Shown: positions 1-9,133, numbered from the stretch's first letter. The stretch is 54,576 bases of DNA from an uncultured Candidatus Saccharibacteria bacterium (GCA_964555185.1 CAZKRD010000005.1:1-54576), one strand, 5' to 3'. Numbers and translations: made by a program. The notes: a model not told the origin generated them from the letters alone.

Positions 1-5
1 AGAAA

Positions 6-33
6 ATAATCGCATAAACAAGCGGTTATTTTT
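6..33 (+). terminator. Terminator-like hairpin plus T-run at window edge
   Basis: ATAATCGC (6-13) pairs with GCGGTTAT (22-29, one G-U) and is followed by TTTTT. It would end a + strand gene lying upstream of the window. Confidence 0.4.
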
Positions 34-206
34 GGTTACCCCGAATCGGATTCGAGTTTTTCTAGTAAAAAATGAATAGGGGCTTACAATCTTTCATTTA
101 TGATCTGGCTGTGCTAAAGTGATTTGTTATGTTTTTCTTGCTGTATGTTAAATAGACTTTGATTAGTGAGATTATCTTGGGACATTTCAGTCTAAGGAGG
201 AGGGTT

Positions 207-914
207 ATGGAATGGCGAGAGGAGGATGTGCAGAGAGTCCTTGAATATTTAAAGAATAAGGTTAACCTATTCTATTATGTCCGAGAACGGTTTCAGATTG
301 GTAATATCTTAGGCTTAGTTAGTTGTCCAGAGGTCCACGAGTATTTTCAAGGGGCAGTTTTCAAAGTGTTTGGTCGGGCAGGAGGTGAAATCATCAGGTA
401 TCGTTCTGTTCTTTTTAATGAATCTCTTTCGCTCAGTCTGAATACCGACGGAACATTAGTAAACCGAGTAGCAGTGCACCCCACTTTTTGTCAAGGTTCA
501 GCCTATGTTATGTCTATTTACTTCTCGCCAGGGTTAATGGAGAATCTGAGAAGAACCTGCTTTCTTGATGAGGAGTTTTTTTCTGCTCCTGATGATGTAT
601 TAATTGGGCTCTACGCGCACGAATGTGCGGAACATCTTCTGCATTATGCAGAGAAAAAGATACCCGCCGATAAAAAAGCAACTATAGAATGTAGGACAGA
701 GGGTTTGGAATTTGAATCACAATGTCGCGCTGATTTGTTAGCTTGTCTATTCGGCTTCGCAGAGGAGTTGAAAGCCTTTTTAGTTTTTCGCAAAGAAAGA
801 CTTCTTGAGCAGGAAGACTTTCCTGGAGGAATATATAGACCTCCTAGCAGGATGGCAGAAGAATTACAAACCAGGATAGACTTTCTTTGTCGAAATAATG
901 ACCTAGATTTTTAA
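207..914 (+). CDS. Hypothetical protein (235 aa)
   Basis: ORF 159-914. The SD AAGGAGG (194-200) lies 6 nt before ATG 207, which favours this start over TTG 159. No family recognised. The HECAEH stretch is not a canonical HExxH. Confidence 0.6.
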   Translation: MEWREEDVQRVLEYLKNKVNLFYYVRERFQIGNILGLVSCPEVHEYFQGAVFKVFGRAGGEIIRYRSVLFNESLSLSLNTDGTLVNRVAVHPTFCQGSAYVMSIYFSPGLMENLRRTCFLDEEFFSAPDDVLIGLYAHECAEHLLHYAEKKIPADKKATIECRTEGLEFESQCRADLLACLFGFAEELKAFLVFRKERLLEQEDFPGGIYRPPSRMAEELQTRIDFLCRNNDLDF

Positions 915-930
915 GCTAGGTCTTTTTTTT
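900..930 (+). terminator. Rho-independent terminator
   Basis: GACCTAG (900-906) and CTAGGTC (916-922) form a 7-bp stem spanning the stop codon, followed by T8 (923-930). Confidence 0.75.
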
Positions 931-1006
931 ATTCCTAAACTTCCCCAAAACAGGTTCTAACCCTTCGGCAGGCTCAGCAGGGCAGGCACCCAGGGAAACT
1001 CGCCCC
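922..1006 (+). repeat. Intergenic repeat family G copy 1 plus GC-rich tail
   Basis: The 24-nt core TAAACTTCCCCAAAACAGGTTCTA (936-959) is identical at 7136-7159. A diverged copy lies at 1774-1791. The core is followed by GC-rich CCCTTCGGCAGGCTCAGCAGGGCAGGC. Confidence 0.7.
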
Positions 1007-1036
1007 AATAGCAGTCTTTTGTTATAATGGGAGTAT

Positions 1037-1198
1037 ATGAAAATCATTCCATTCATCCTGCTCATCGTTGGAACCATCGGCCTTTTGGCCTCTGAATTGT
1101 TTCCTGTTTTCGATTCCCGTTACCTTACTCTGACTTTCGCTGGTTTGAATGTGCTTGGGTTGATTGTGTTGATTTTGACATACAAGAGGGTTGAATAA
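1037..1198 (+). CDS. Small two-TM membrane protein (53 aa), not in ORF track
   Basis: ATG 1037 to TAA 1196-1198 gives MKIIPFILLIVGTIGLLASELFPVFDSRYLTLTFAGLNVLGLIVLILTYKRVE, with two hydrophobic helices. TATAAT lies at 1023-1028. The ORF is antisense to listed ORF 1022-1243. Confidence 0.45.
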   Translation: MKIIPFILLIVGTIGLLASELFPVFDSRYLTLTFAGLNVLGLIVLILTYKRVE

Positions 1199-1273
1199 AT
1201 TAACCTTCAGTAGACGGTCTTCAGGGACAGATTTGCCATCCAAGAAGGCGGTTTTTTGTTAGAATTATTTAAT

Positions 1274-1768
1274 ATGCAAAAAGTCAAACTATTTTCTTAC
1301 AATAAAAAGTTTCCTGAGATTTTTCAAAAAGAAAAAGAGAATATTTTAAAAACTCTTTTTGATGTTGAAGTTCATCATATCGGCAGTACGGCTGTTCCTG
1401 GGTTGGGCGGCAAGGGAATAATTGACATCATGATTGCAATAAAAGATTGGAGAAAAAAGAAAAGCACTGTAAATTTACTAAAAGAGTTGGGATTTATTCA
1501 TATTCATCCAGAAGAAAAAGAAAGAATATTTTTAAGTAGAATTGGACCTACCAAATATGGGGATACTCATATTCATCTTGTGAAAAAGAATAGCAAAAGA
1601 TACAAAGAGATGCTGTTTTTTAGAGATTATATGAGAACTCATAAAAAAGAAGCTCAAGAATATTTAAAAATAAAACAGCTATCTTTTAAAAGATATCACA
1701 AAGATAGAAATCAATACGCTACTGCTAAAGAAAAATATATAAAAGAGATTCTAAAACGGGTTAAGTGA
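1274..1768 (+). CDS. GrpB-family protein (UPF0157, nucleotidyltransferase fold)
   Basis: The HHIGSTAVPGLGGKGIIDIMI motif is typical of GrpB. ATG 1274 (MQKVKLF) is more likely than the TTG at 1256. Confidence 0.8.
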   Translation: MQKVKLFSYNKKFPEIFQKEKENILKTLFDVEVHHIGSTAVPGLGGKGIIDIMIAIKDWRKKKSTVNLLKELGFIHIHPEEKERIFLSRIGPTKYGDTHIHLVKKNSKRYKEMLFFRDYMRTHKKEAQEYLKIKQLSFKRYHKDRNQYATAKEKYIKEILKRVK

Positions 1769-1773
1769 TTTTG

Positions 1774-1879
1774 CCAAACAGGCTCTAACCCGCGCACCAC
1801 CCTGAACCACACAGGATTCAGGGCAGGCTAATCTTAAAAATGGCTTACCCGCCTTGCGTTGCCTAAAGGCGAGGCAGGC
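1774..1879 (+). repeat. Family G variant plus GC-rich hairpin island
   Basis: CCAAACAGGCTCTAACCC (1774-1791) resembles the family G core. Hairpins: CCCTGAA/TTCAGGG (1800-1806/1817-1823) and CGCCTT/AAGGCG (1850-1855/1866-1871). Ends in GAGGCAGGC. Confidence 0.55.
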
Positions 1880-1945
1880 TTAAGCTATTTTCGATTTCTA
1901 TTGACTTTATATTATAAAAGGTATATGCTATAAGTACTATGAGCA

Positions 1946-1978
1946 CTACCCCTGTCCTTGGACAAGGGTAGTTTTTTT
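1946..1978 (+). terminator. Strong hairpin plus T7
   Basis: CTACCCCTGTCC (1946-1957) pairs with GGACAAGGGTAG (1960-1971) with one mismatch, then T7 (1972-1978). It overlaps the listed TTG start at 1958 of the next ORF. Confidence 0.6.
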
Positions 1979-2569
1979 ATGCTACAATTAATCAAAAGTA
2001 GTTATCAATACATGAAAATTCCAAAAGTGCAAAAGGACAAAGTAGCAATTTACATCGATGGAAGTAACTTTTTTAAATATTTAAAGGATAAACAGGTCGC
2101 ATTTCCTAAGAATAAAATTTTTGATTATAAAAAATTTTGTAATTACCTCATAAATCATAGGGAATGCGAATCTATGAGATATTATGTAGGAATTGTAAGA
2201 AATTTTAATGACAGCTCAAAAAGCAAAAAGATGGTGCGTAGTCAGCAAAAATTCCTTGCTATATTGCAGAATGATGGATTTGCCGTAAAAAGGGGTAAAG
2301 TCATGTACGACAAGGGTCGCATTAGAGAAAAGGGAACTGATGTTAAAATAGCAGTGGATTTAATTGTTGGGGCCATAGAAAATAAATATGACACAGCTAT
2401 TATTGTCAGTTCTGACACAGATTTAATTCCTGCGATTCAATATATAAAACACAAAGGTAAAAATATAGAATATGTTGGATTTTCCCATGCACCATCCTTT
2501 GGCATGCAAAAACATGCCGACCTCTCCATATTATTAAGGCCGCAAGACATCAAAAACTTTATAAAGTAA
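1979..2569 (+). CDS. NYN-domain (LabA/DUF88-like) protein
   Basis: Motifs VAIYIDGSNFF, GTDVKIAVDLI and AIIVSSDTDLIPAIQYIKHKG match the NYN/LabA PIN-like fold. The start is ATG 1979 or ATG 2012. TTG 1958 is unlikely because it lies inside the terminator hairpin. Confidence 0.8.
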   Translation: MLQLIKSSYQYMKIPKVQKDKVAIYIDGSNFFKYLKDKQVAFPKNKIFDYKKFCNYLINHRECESMRYYVGIVRNFNDSSKSKKMVRSQQKFLAILQNDGFAVKRGKVMYDKGRIREKGTDVKIAVDLIVGAIENKYDTAIIVSSDTDLIPAIQYIKHKGKNIEYVGFSHAPSFGMQKHADLSILLRPQDIKNFIK

Positions 2570-2582
2570 TTAACTTGGAAAG

Positions 2583-3572
2583 ATGAAAAAGATTTCGATA
2601 ATTGGATTGATTATAGGTATTTTAGTAATTGGAGCTATTGCTTTTTTCTTGTTAAATCTTTCTTCAGGAGAGGAGAATAATGTGGGCCAAGAATCAGAAA
2701 TTTTTTGTCCAGCTTATGATGGTAATCAGGAAGAATGTTTGTCCCATTCAGAATGTGAGTGGAGTTCAGATATGAATGAATGTGATTCAACAGATATGGT
2801 TGAGGAAGATGATGAAGGACTTAATCAAGAATTAGAAGCAATTGAAGTACCAGACAATCCTTCAAATGAATTATGCAAAAAAATCCCTTTGTCAAATCAA
2901 CCCCCTTATGGTGAAAGATATCATTGTCTTGCCCTTGTAAATCATGATGAAAGATTCTGTGAAGGCATGGACGAAGAAAATGAGAAATTAATGTGTTTGG
3001 CTTTTACAAAAAAAGACTCTTCTTATTGTAAATCAGTTTTGACTAAAGAAGCAAAACATGTTTGTTATCTGCAACTTTCAGTATCAAGTAAAAATATTAA
3101 ATTTTGTGATGATATTGATTATCTAGAAACAGCAGAAAAAAATGAAGATGAAAAATTAAAATGTTATATGAATTATATCACTAATTTGTATGCCTGGGAT
3201 AAATCTGATGAAATAAAAACAGAATACTGCAACGAGTTTCCTGTTGATTGGGAGGATAGCGATGCTTGTTTTGCGTTGAAAGCAAGGGACGTTTCTCTTT
3301 GCAATAATATTGTAAATTGTTTAACTTTTTTTGAGCAAGATATTGCTTTTTGTGATCAGCATCCTGAATTGCCTTGCTGTATAAAAGACAGAGCCAAAAC
3401 AAGCAGAGATGTTTCAATTTGTGAATTACTTCCTCAACCAGAAAGAGATGATTGTGTTGGAAGTTATTGCACTCACACAGAGCTTGATGTTAATATTTGT
3501 GACACGATTGAAGATATTAAAGAAAGGCAAGATAGATATTTAGAACTTGCAATGAATTTAGCTAATTGGTAA
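2583..3572 (+). CDS. Membrane-anchored Cys-rich extracytoplasmic protein
   Basis: N-terminal TM IIGLIIGILVIGAIAFFLL. The ectodomain has 23 Cys in recurring spacing (for example D.S.C...C) and an acidic linker. No named family recognised. Confidence 0.6.
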   Translation: MKKISIIGLIIGILVIGAIAFFLLNLSSGEENNVGQESEIFCPAYDGNQEECLSHSECEWSSDMNECDSTDMVEEDDEGLNQELEAIEVPDNPSNELCKKIPLSNQPPYGERYHCLALVNHDERFCEGMDEENEKLMCLAFTKKDSSYCKSVLTKEAKHVCYLQLSVSSKNIKFCDDIDYLETAEKNEDEKLKCYMNYITNLYAWDKSDEIKTEYCNEFPVDWEDSDACFALKARDVSLCNNIVNCLTFFEQDIAFCDQHPELPCCIKDRAKTSRDVSICELLPQPERDDCVGSYCTHTELDVNICDTIEDIKERQDRYLELAMNLANW

Positions 3573-3588
3573 AAGATTTAGTAATTAG

Positions 3589-3616
3589 GGTCAAGTCTTG
3601 TATCTTGACCTTTTTT
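3589..3616 (+). terminator. Rho-independent terminator
   Basis: GGTCAAG (3589-3595) and CTTGACC (3604-3610) form the stem, followed by T6 (3611-3616). Confidence 0.75.
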
Positions 3617-3735
3617 GTTGTATGCTCAATCTAGAGGTCAAGGGGGAATTGGGGTCAGCTCTGTTTTTTTAAGTAAATTAGAAAAAGGGAGTTGACCTCA
3701 TTTTCTCTCATTTTTTCCCATTTTCTCAAAGAATT

Positions 3736-5019
3736 ATGCAAAATCAACGTATTATGGTCATTTCTGATCATGCTGATCCTCTCGCTCCTGTGGGTGGTTT
3801 AGAAAGTGGAGGGCAAAACATTTATGTTTTGGAATTAGCTAAAAATCTTAGTAAATACAATTGGGGTATTGATGTCTTCACCCGTTGGAATAATCCACGT
3901 AAAAAGCAGGTGAGCCGCATCAACCGGAGAGCCAGGGTTATCAGAATTAAAGCTGGCCCCTTGAAAAAAATACCTCGTGATGAAATTGCTGATCATTTAA
4001 CAGAATTTGCCGAAAACATCATTGAATTTAAGTCTCGGGAAAATCTTGATTATTCCTTAATCCATGCTAATTATTGGATGTCTGGTTGGATAGGTTTACG
4101 GCTTCGAGAAATTTATAATCTTCCCTTAATTCAAATTTTTCATTCCCTCGGTCGCATTAAATATCAAGCCTTAAAAAACATTGATGAGCAAAAAGTAAGC
4201 AGTGGCTATTTTAATTCCGATTTTATTAAAAACAGACTAAGAACAGAAAAAGCAATACTTCAAAAAGCCGATATTATCCTAGCTTCTAGCCCCCTTGAAA
4301 AGCAAGATATGCTAAAACACTACCGAGCAAACGGGACAAATATTAGAATTATTCCCCTGGGAATTGACCCTAAGATCTTCAAGCCCATCAATCATGATAA
4401 AGCTCATAAATATACTGGCTGGCCTCAAAAACAGACCATTGTTCTTTATGTAGGCCGCATTGAATGGCGCAAGGGCTTAGGTACCCTGCTTTATGCTTTC
4501 AAGAATCTAATCAAAAAAGGGCAGTTTGTTCCCAAAAAACTTAGTTTGAAAATAATTGGTGGCCATCCTCGCAGCCGCACCCACAATGCCGAATATTATG
4601 AACTTCAGAGATTAAGAAAAATTATTGACGAATTAAAACTCGAACCCTATGTGAATTTTCTAGGCTCAATCAAAAGAGAAAAATTGCCCTATTATTATTC
4701 AGCAGCAAGTGTGGTATGCGCGCCTTCTTACTATGAACCCTTCGGTTTAGTTCCAATAGAAGCTATGGCCTGCGGTACCCCAGTTATTGGATCTCGCGTA
4801 GGCGGTATTCAATTTACTGTCCAAAATAAAAAGACTGGCTTTCTCACTCCCCCTAGAAGATACCGCAGCTTGACCAATAGAATCTTGACCTTAATCTCGG
4901 ATTCTGCTTTAAGAAGAAGAATGAGTAAACAAGCGGTTGAAAGAGTCAAACACAAATTTAACAATAACCTGCTGGGACGCGAAATAAATAGTCTTTTTAA
5001 AAAATTGATTGCGAAGTGA
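3736..5019 (+). CDS. GT4-family glycosyltransferase (MshA / sucrose-phosphate-synthase-like N-terminus)
   Basis: N-terminal SDHADPLAPVGGLESGGQNIYVLELAKNL and C-terminal EPFGLVPIEAMACGTPVIGSRVGGI (GT-B E-x7-E region). Confidence 0.85.
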   Translation: MQNQRIMVISDHADPLAPVGGLESGGQNIYVLELAKNLSKYNWGIDVFTRWNNPRKKQVSRINRRARVIRIKAGPLKKIPRDEIADHLTEFAENIIEFKSRENLDYSLIHANYWMSGWIGLRLREIYNLPLIQIFHSLGRIKYQALKNIDEQKVSSGYFNSDFIKNRLRTEKAILQKADIILASSPLEKQDMLKHYRANGTNIRIIPLGIDPKIFKPINHDKAHKYTGWPQKQTIVLYVGRIEWRKGLGTLLYAFKNLIKKGQFVPKKLSLKIIGGHPRSRTHNAEYYELQRLRKIIDELKLEPYVNFLGSIKREKLPYYYSAASVVCAPSYYEPFGLVPIEAMACGTPVIGSRVGGIQFTVQNKKTGFLTPPRRYRSLTNRILTLISDSALRRRMSKQAVERVKHKFNNNLLGREINSLFKKLIAK

Positions 5020-5076
5020 TTATTTTGAGTGTTAATAAAGAAACCTCCCAAAAACCTAAATAAGGGATATTCTTCT

Positions 5077-5110
5077 GTGCCCCGTGGCAGAGCTTAGCTC
5101 TGCAATAGGG
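5077..5110 (+). repeat. GC-rich hairpin island
   Basis: GCAGAGC (5087-5093), loop TTA, GCTCTGC (5097-5103), embedded in GTGCCCCGTGGCAGAGC...GCAATAGGG within an AT-rich spacer. Confidence 0.5.
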
Positions 5111-5144
5111 TTTCATTCGGAATGATAATCTTCGTTTCCATCTT

Positions 5145-6203
5145 ATGAAAATTTTAATGCTTTCTCCTGCTGAAGAACGAGTACCGCCGCGAAAATATGG
5201 AGGAACGGAACTGGTTATTTACAATTTAGTTGAAGGTTTGGTAAAAAGAGGGCATCAAGTGACTTTAGCCGCTTCGGGTGATTCAATTACGTCGGCTAAA
5301 CTTTATCCTTTAGCTGAAAAGGCTTTAAGAGTAAGATTCAATGATCAAAACAGTGATTTAAAGCTAAGAGAAGCTTTTAAATACATTGCCGTTGCCCGTG
5401 CTTTGAAATTAGCTTCTTCTAAAGACTTTGATATTGTCCATAATCATATTGGCTGGCGAATTCTTCCTTTCTCATTTTTGATGAAAAGACCTATAGTTAC
5501 TACCCTGCATGGTCCGCTTACTGATCATTATCAAAAAACCGTCTACAGTCAATTTAAAAAGGCTAATTTAATCTCCATCTCAAGAAGCCAACGTGAGCCA
5601 GCCCCAGACCTTCATTATGTAGCTACGGTTTATAACGGTATTGAGATAGATAAATTCTCTTTTGATGATAAACCTCGGGATTATTTTGCTTTCTTGGGGC
5701 GCATTTCTCCGGAAAAAGGGCTTTATTTTGCAATTTGCGCAGCAAAAAAAGCAAAAGTAAGGCTTTTAATCGGAGCAAAGATTGATCTGGTTGACCGAAA
5801 ATTTTACCAGAATAAAATTAAACCTTTAATTGACGGCAAGCAAATTGAATATCTGGGTGAATTGACTCATAAACAAAAGGTTGCATTATTAAAAAATGCT
5901 CGGGGCCTCATCAACCCTATTAATTGGCAAGAACCTTTTGGTTTAGTAATGACTGAAGCCATGGCTTGCGGCACACCGGTTATTGCTACGCGTCGCGCTT
6001 CTGCGCCTGAGATTATTGTACATAATAAAACAGGCTTTCTAGTGGATCCTAAAAATCCTATCCCTGGAATAGTTGAATCTATAAAAAAGATTGATCAGAT
6101 AAAAAGAGAGGACTGTCGCGGCCGGGTAGAAGAGAAATTTACAGCTCCCCACATGGTCGAGGGATATGAGAAGGCCTATCAAAGGGTGATCAAAGCATCG
6201 TAA
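5145..6203 (+). CDS. GT4-family glycosyltransferase
   Basis: MKILMLSPAEERVPPRKYGGTELVIYNLVEGLVKRGHQV and EPFGLVMTEAMACGTPVIATR. Confidence 0.85.
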   Translation: MKILMLSPAEERVPPRKYGGTELVIYNLVEGLVKRGHQVTLAASGDSITSAKLYPLAEKALRVRFNDQNSDLKLREAFKYIAVARALKLASSKDFDIVHNHIGWRILPFSFLMKRPIVTTLHGPLTDHYQKTVYSQFKKANLISISRSQREPAPDLHYVATVYNGIEIDKFSFDDKPRDYFAFLGRISPEKGLYFAICAAKKAKVRLLIGAKIDLVDRKFYQNKIKPLIDGKQIEYLGELTHKQKVALLKNARGLINPINWQEPFGLVMTEAMACGTPVIATRRASAPEIIVHNKTGFLVDPKNPIPGIVESIKKIDQIKREDCRGRVEEKFTAPHMVEGYEKAYQRVIKAS

Positions 6204-6244
6204 AATAGAGTCGATCCCATTTTCCCTTTGAATTAATCAAAAAA

Positions 6245-7036
6245 ATGAAAACAAAATTGTTCTTTCTGGTTGCGCTGCTTATTATTGTTTTTATGGCAGC
6301 GGGGTGTGGGGATGTGATTGAGTTTTTCTTTCCTTTTATGCAGGATTCTGAAGAGAAGGAGATTGAGGAACGAGAGAGATTAATGAGCAGTGATACAGAC
6401 AATGATGGTTTGACGTATTGGGAAGAAACCCAGCAATATAGTACTGACCCTGATGATCCAGATACTGATGATGACGGCATGTCAGATGGCGATGAAGTGG
6501 CTTTAGGGCGTGATCCCTTGGTTCCGGATAGTGATGCGTCAGAGACGACTACGCGCGGCAACGCAGAGGAAGAAACTGAAGACGAGGAAGAGCCAGAACT
6601 GCCCGCGGATCCGGTACAGCCCGAGGAAGACAAATATGTCAGCGTCGAGTGCGGATTTTCTTTTACTCTGCCCGAAGGCTGGGTGATTCAAAGCGAGGAT
6701 TTTTATGAAACTTCTGGCGGAAGCAAGGCAAAACGGCCAATGATTGTTATCGTGAAAAGCAATGATCCGCAAAAAGTTATATCAATCAATGTACCTCAAA
6801 CGCACTGTATGCAAGTCGATCCTTATACGACTAAAAATGAACCGGCAGGCAGTCAGACAATGATGGTATATACTTATCTTAACGCGACAGACAATTCGGA
6901 GATCGGCGGTTGTTTGACAGCGGAAGTGCCGGGTAAAGATATCGATGGTAATGCAACGACTTATAGATTCGTGAGTCAATTCAAAGATCAAGCAACCTAC
7001 AGCGCTTTTGGGCAGATTGTGGGTTCATTTAGATGA
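6245..7036 (+). CDS. Lipoprotein with thrombospondin-type-3-like acidic Ca-binding repeats
   Basis: Signal peptide with lipobox (FMAAGC). Repeats DTDNDGLTYWEE and DPDDPDTDDDGMSDGDE. Confidence 0.7.
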   Translation: MKTKLFFLVALLIIVFMAAGCGDVIEFFFPFMQDSEEKEIEERERLMSSDTDNDGLTYWEETQQYSTDPDDPDTDDDGMSDGDEVALGRDPLVPDSDASETTTRGNAEEETEDEEEPELPADPVQPEEDKYVSVECGFSFTLPEGWVIQSEDFYETSGGSKAKRPMIVIVKSNDPQKVISINVPQTHCMQVDPYTTKNEPAGSQTMMVYTYLNATDNSEIGGCLTAEVPGKDIDGNATTYRFVSQFKDQATYSAFGQIVGSFR

Positions 7037-7123
7037 TTTTGATTGCCCAAAAGACTTAAATTTTGAAATCGGAAATCAGGGGCAGATTTTAAATAGCGGC
7101 GCTAGGGTTTTAAATCTTGATTT

Positions 7124-7160
7124 CTTTTTTATTTTTAAACTTCCCCAAAACAGGTTCTAG
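7124..7160 (+). repeat. Intergenic repeat family G copy 2
   Basis: CTTTTTTATTTTTAAACTTCCCCAAAACAGGTTCTAG. The core at 7136-7159 is identical to 936-959. Confidence 0.7.
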
Positions 7161-7172
7161 CATGACTCAAGA

Positions 7173-7196
7173 AATCGCCAAATGGGCGATTTTTTG
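7173..7196 (+). terminator. Rho-independent terminator
   Basis: ATCGCC (7174-7179) and GGCGAT (7185-7190) form the stem, followed by a T-run. Confidence 0.65.
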
Positions 7197-7239
7197 TTAA
7201 AATTGAATCAGAGCAACTAGTCACCTTGATTATTTTGAT

Positions 7240-8781
7240 ATGAGGGATGAACAAATTCAGATCATTTTGATTTGTATTTTAGGAATAGTGGTTCTTGTTG
7301 GATTATTTTTAGATACAGGGAGTTTTGATTTCCGTTTTATCCAGGGCAGTGTAGTCAAAATTACAGCAATTCCCAGTGATACGGAGGTGAGGTTGGGGGA
7401 TTATTATCAGGCGATTGAAAGATTGTTATTAGATGGTCTGAAGCCCGGGGTTTATCGATTAGAAGCTTCAAGGCAAGGATTTTTAATTTACCATGAAGAG
7501 ATTGAACTCAAAGAAGGTGAAACTTTGACAAAAAATATTTTTTTTGAGCCCTTGGCTTTTAAATTTGGATTTGATTCAGAACCAAAAAATGCTGATTATC
7601 TTTTGACTTTGTTTGATGGAACAAAGAGAACAGGAAAAACACCTTTTGGCGAGAAGATTCCTGCTGGCAATTTGGAGATCCAACTTTCCTCTCCGGGTTA
7701 TAATACTTTAGAGCGGGAATTTTTTTTAGAAAGCGATTACACCACAGTTTATTATCTTGATTCTGCGGGCCAGCTTGCGCATCATCTTTTAGAGATTGAT
7801 TCTGTCCCTTCGCCGAAAGGTGTCGTTTTTACCCCTGATGGCCAGGAGATCTGGACGACCTTGCTTTTAAACAAAAAGAGGGGAGTCAGTGTTTTCAATG
7901 CTTCAGATGGTAGAAAAATCAAAGATATTGATTTGGCTTCTGGCGGCGGGGTAGAGATCATCTTCTCTTCTGACGGGAGTAGGGCCTATGTCAGCCAGAT
8001 GGAAACAGCCAAGATTTTTGAAATTGATACGGATTCAAAAAAGATTCTGCGGGTTTTTGAAACGGGAAGCGCTTGGACTAAGGTTTTAGAGTTTTTTTTT
8101 GACGGCAAAAGCTTGTTCGCCTCCAATTGGTCTGGGAATGATGTTTCCGAGATTGATTTTGAAACTGGAAAGCTCTATCGGAGGATACCAACTGTTAATA
8201 CTCCCCGGGGACTTTATGCAACTAAAGACGGCAATACTCTTTATGTCGCTGGTTTTGATCAAGGTGAGATTCAGAAAATAGATTTAAAAACTGGGCAAGG
8301 CAAAGTGATTTACAAAAGCGGCGGCGCAATGCGGCATATTGCGGTCAACGAAGATCAGGGAGTACTTTATATTTCCGATATGGCGAAGAATATTATTTGG
8401 CAGGTTTCCTTAAAAAATGATCAAGTTAAAAAATTTGTTGCTACCGATAACAATCCGAATACAATCGTTTTGAGCCCGGATAAGAAAATTCTTTTTGTTT
8501 CCTGCCGGGGTCAGAACGCTTCGGCAACTGATTATTATCATCCAGGGCCGGAATGGGGTTCGATTTTGCTTTTTGATGCTGAAACCGGCGCAATGCTTGA
8601 CGCAATTATCGCTGGAAACCAGCCGACTGCCTTAGATGTCTCGCGAGACGGTAAATTTCTTGTTTTTTCCAATTTTTTAGATGCCAACTTAGAGGTTTTT
8701 GAAATTCCTTCTTATGATTTATTAAAACAGGGCAAAGGCGGAAGGGCCGGGGTTTATAAGAGTGAATTGAGGAAGTTTTAG
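7240..8781 (+). CDS. PEGA-domain plus YVTN-type beta-propeller surface protein
   Basis: N-terminal TM. Two PEGA-like segments (PGVYRLEASRQGF and IPAGNLEIQLSSPGYNTLEREF). Then repeated DG..lyv blocks (DGSRAYVSQ, DGNTLYVAG, DQGVLYISD, DKKILFVSC, DGKFLVFSN). Confidence 0.7.
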   Translation: MRDEQIQIILICILGIVVLVGLFLDTGSFDFRFIQGSVVKITAIPSDTEVRLGDYYQAIERLLLDGLKPGVYRLEASRQGFLIYHEEIELKEGETLTKNIFFEPLAFKFGFDSEPKNADYLLTLFDGTKRTGKTPFGEKIPAGNLEIQLSSPGYNTLEREFFLESDYTTVYYLDSAGQLAHHLLEIDSVPSPKGVVFTPDGQEIWTTLLLNKKRGVSVFNASDGRKIKDIDLASGGGVEIIFSSDGSRAYVSQMETAKIFEIDTDSKKILRVFETGSAWTKVLEFFFDGKSLFASNWSGNDVSEIDFETGKLYRRIPTVNTPRGLYATKDGNTLYVAGFDQGEIQKIDLKTGQGKVIYKSGGAMRHIAVNEDQGVLYISDMAKNIIWQVSLKNDQVKKFVATDNNPNTIVLSPDKKILFVSCRGQNASATDYYHPGPEWGSILLFDAETGAMLDAIIAGNQPTALDVSRDGKFLVFSNFLDANLEVFEIPSYDLLKQGKGGRAGVYKSELRKF

Positions 8782-8860
8782 AAAATTTGAGAGCAACAAT
8801 TATTTTTGTTCTCAAGAGGGGTGAGTGGTATAATAAAGTAAAGATCTAAAAACAAACCAT

Positions 8861-9133
8861 ATGAACAGAAGAACCCTTTACATTATTATCACAGCCATTA
8901 TTGTTGTTGGCTGTGGTCTTGTTTGGTATTTAACAACCCAGAGAGTTAAGGTCACTTTTATTAATTCGGATACGGTTATTGATGAAGATTATACAATTGA
9001 AAAGAAGCAAAAGATCGTGATCCGCAATGATTCCAAGTTGACGATTAAGGGGAATCTGGCGACCCAAGGAGAAGTCTCCTGCGAGAATGGAGGATTAAAC
9101 ATAGTTATTGAAGGAGACGGCAGAAATTGCTAG
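8861..9133 (+). CDS. Membrane-anchor fragment of a probable split surface protein
   Basis: TM LYIIITAIIVVGCGLVWYL followed by a short beta-rich segment. It stops at TAG 9131-9133 and overlaps the next ORF by 26 nt. Confidence 0.5.
   Translation: MNRRTLYIIITAIIVVGCGLVWYLTTQRVKVTFINSDTVIDEDYTIEKKQKIVIRNDSKLTIKGNLATQGEVSCENGGLNIVIEGDGRNC

Noticed and set aside
1022-1243. Listed 73-aa minus-strand ORF
   Set aside because: It is polar and low-complexity, with no SD. It lies antisense to a more convincing two-TM ORF at 1037-1198.
6190-6633. Listed 147-aa Ser-rich minus-strand ORF
   Set aside because: It is the antisense shadow of the Asp/Glu-rich lipoprotein gene 6245-7036 (GAN codons read as NTC/Ser on the other strand). 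It has no independent signal.
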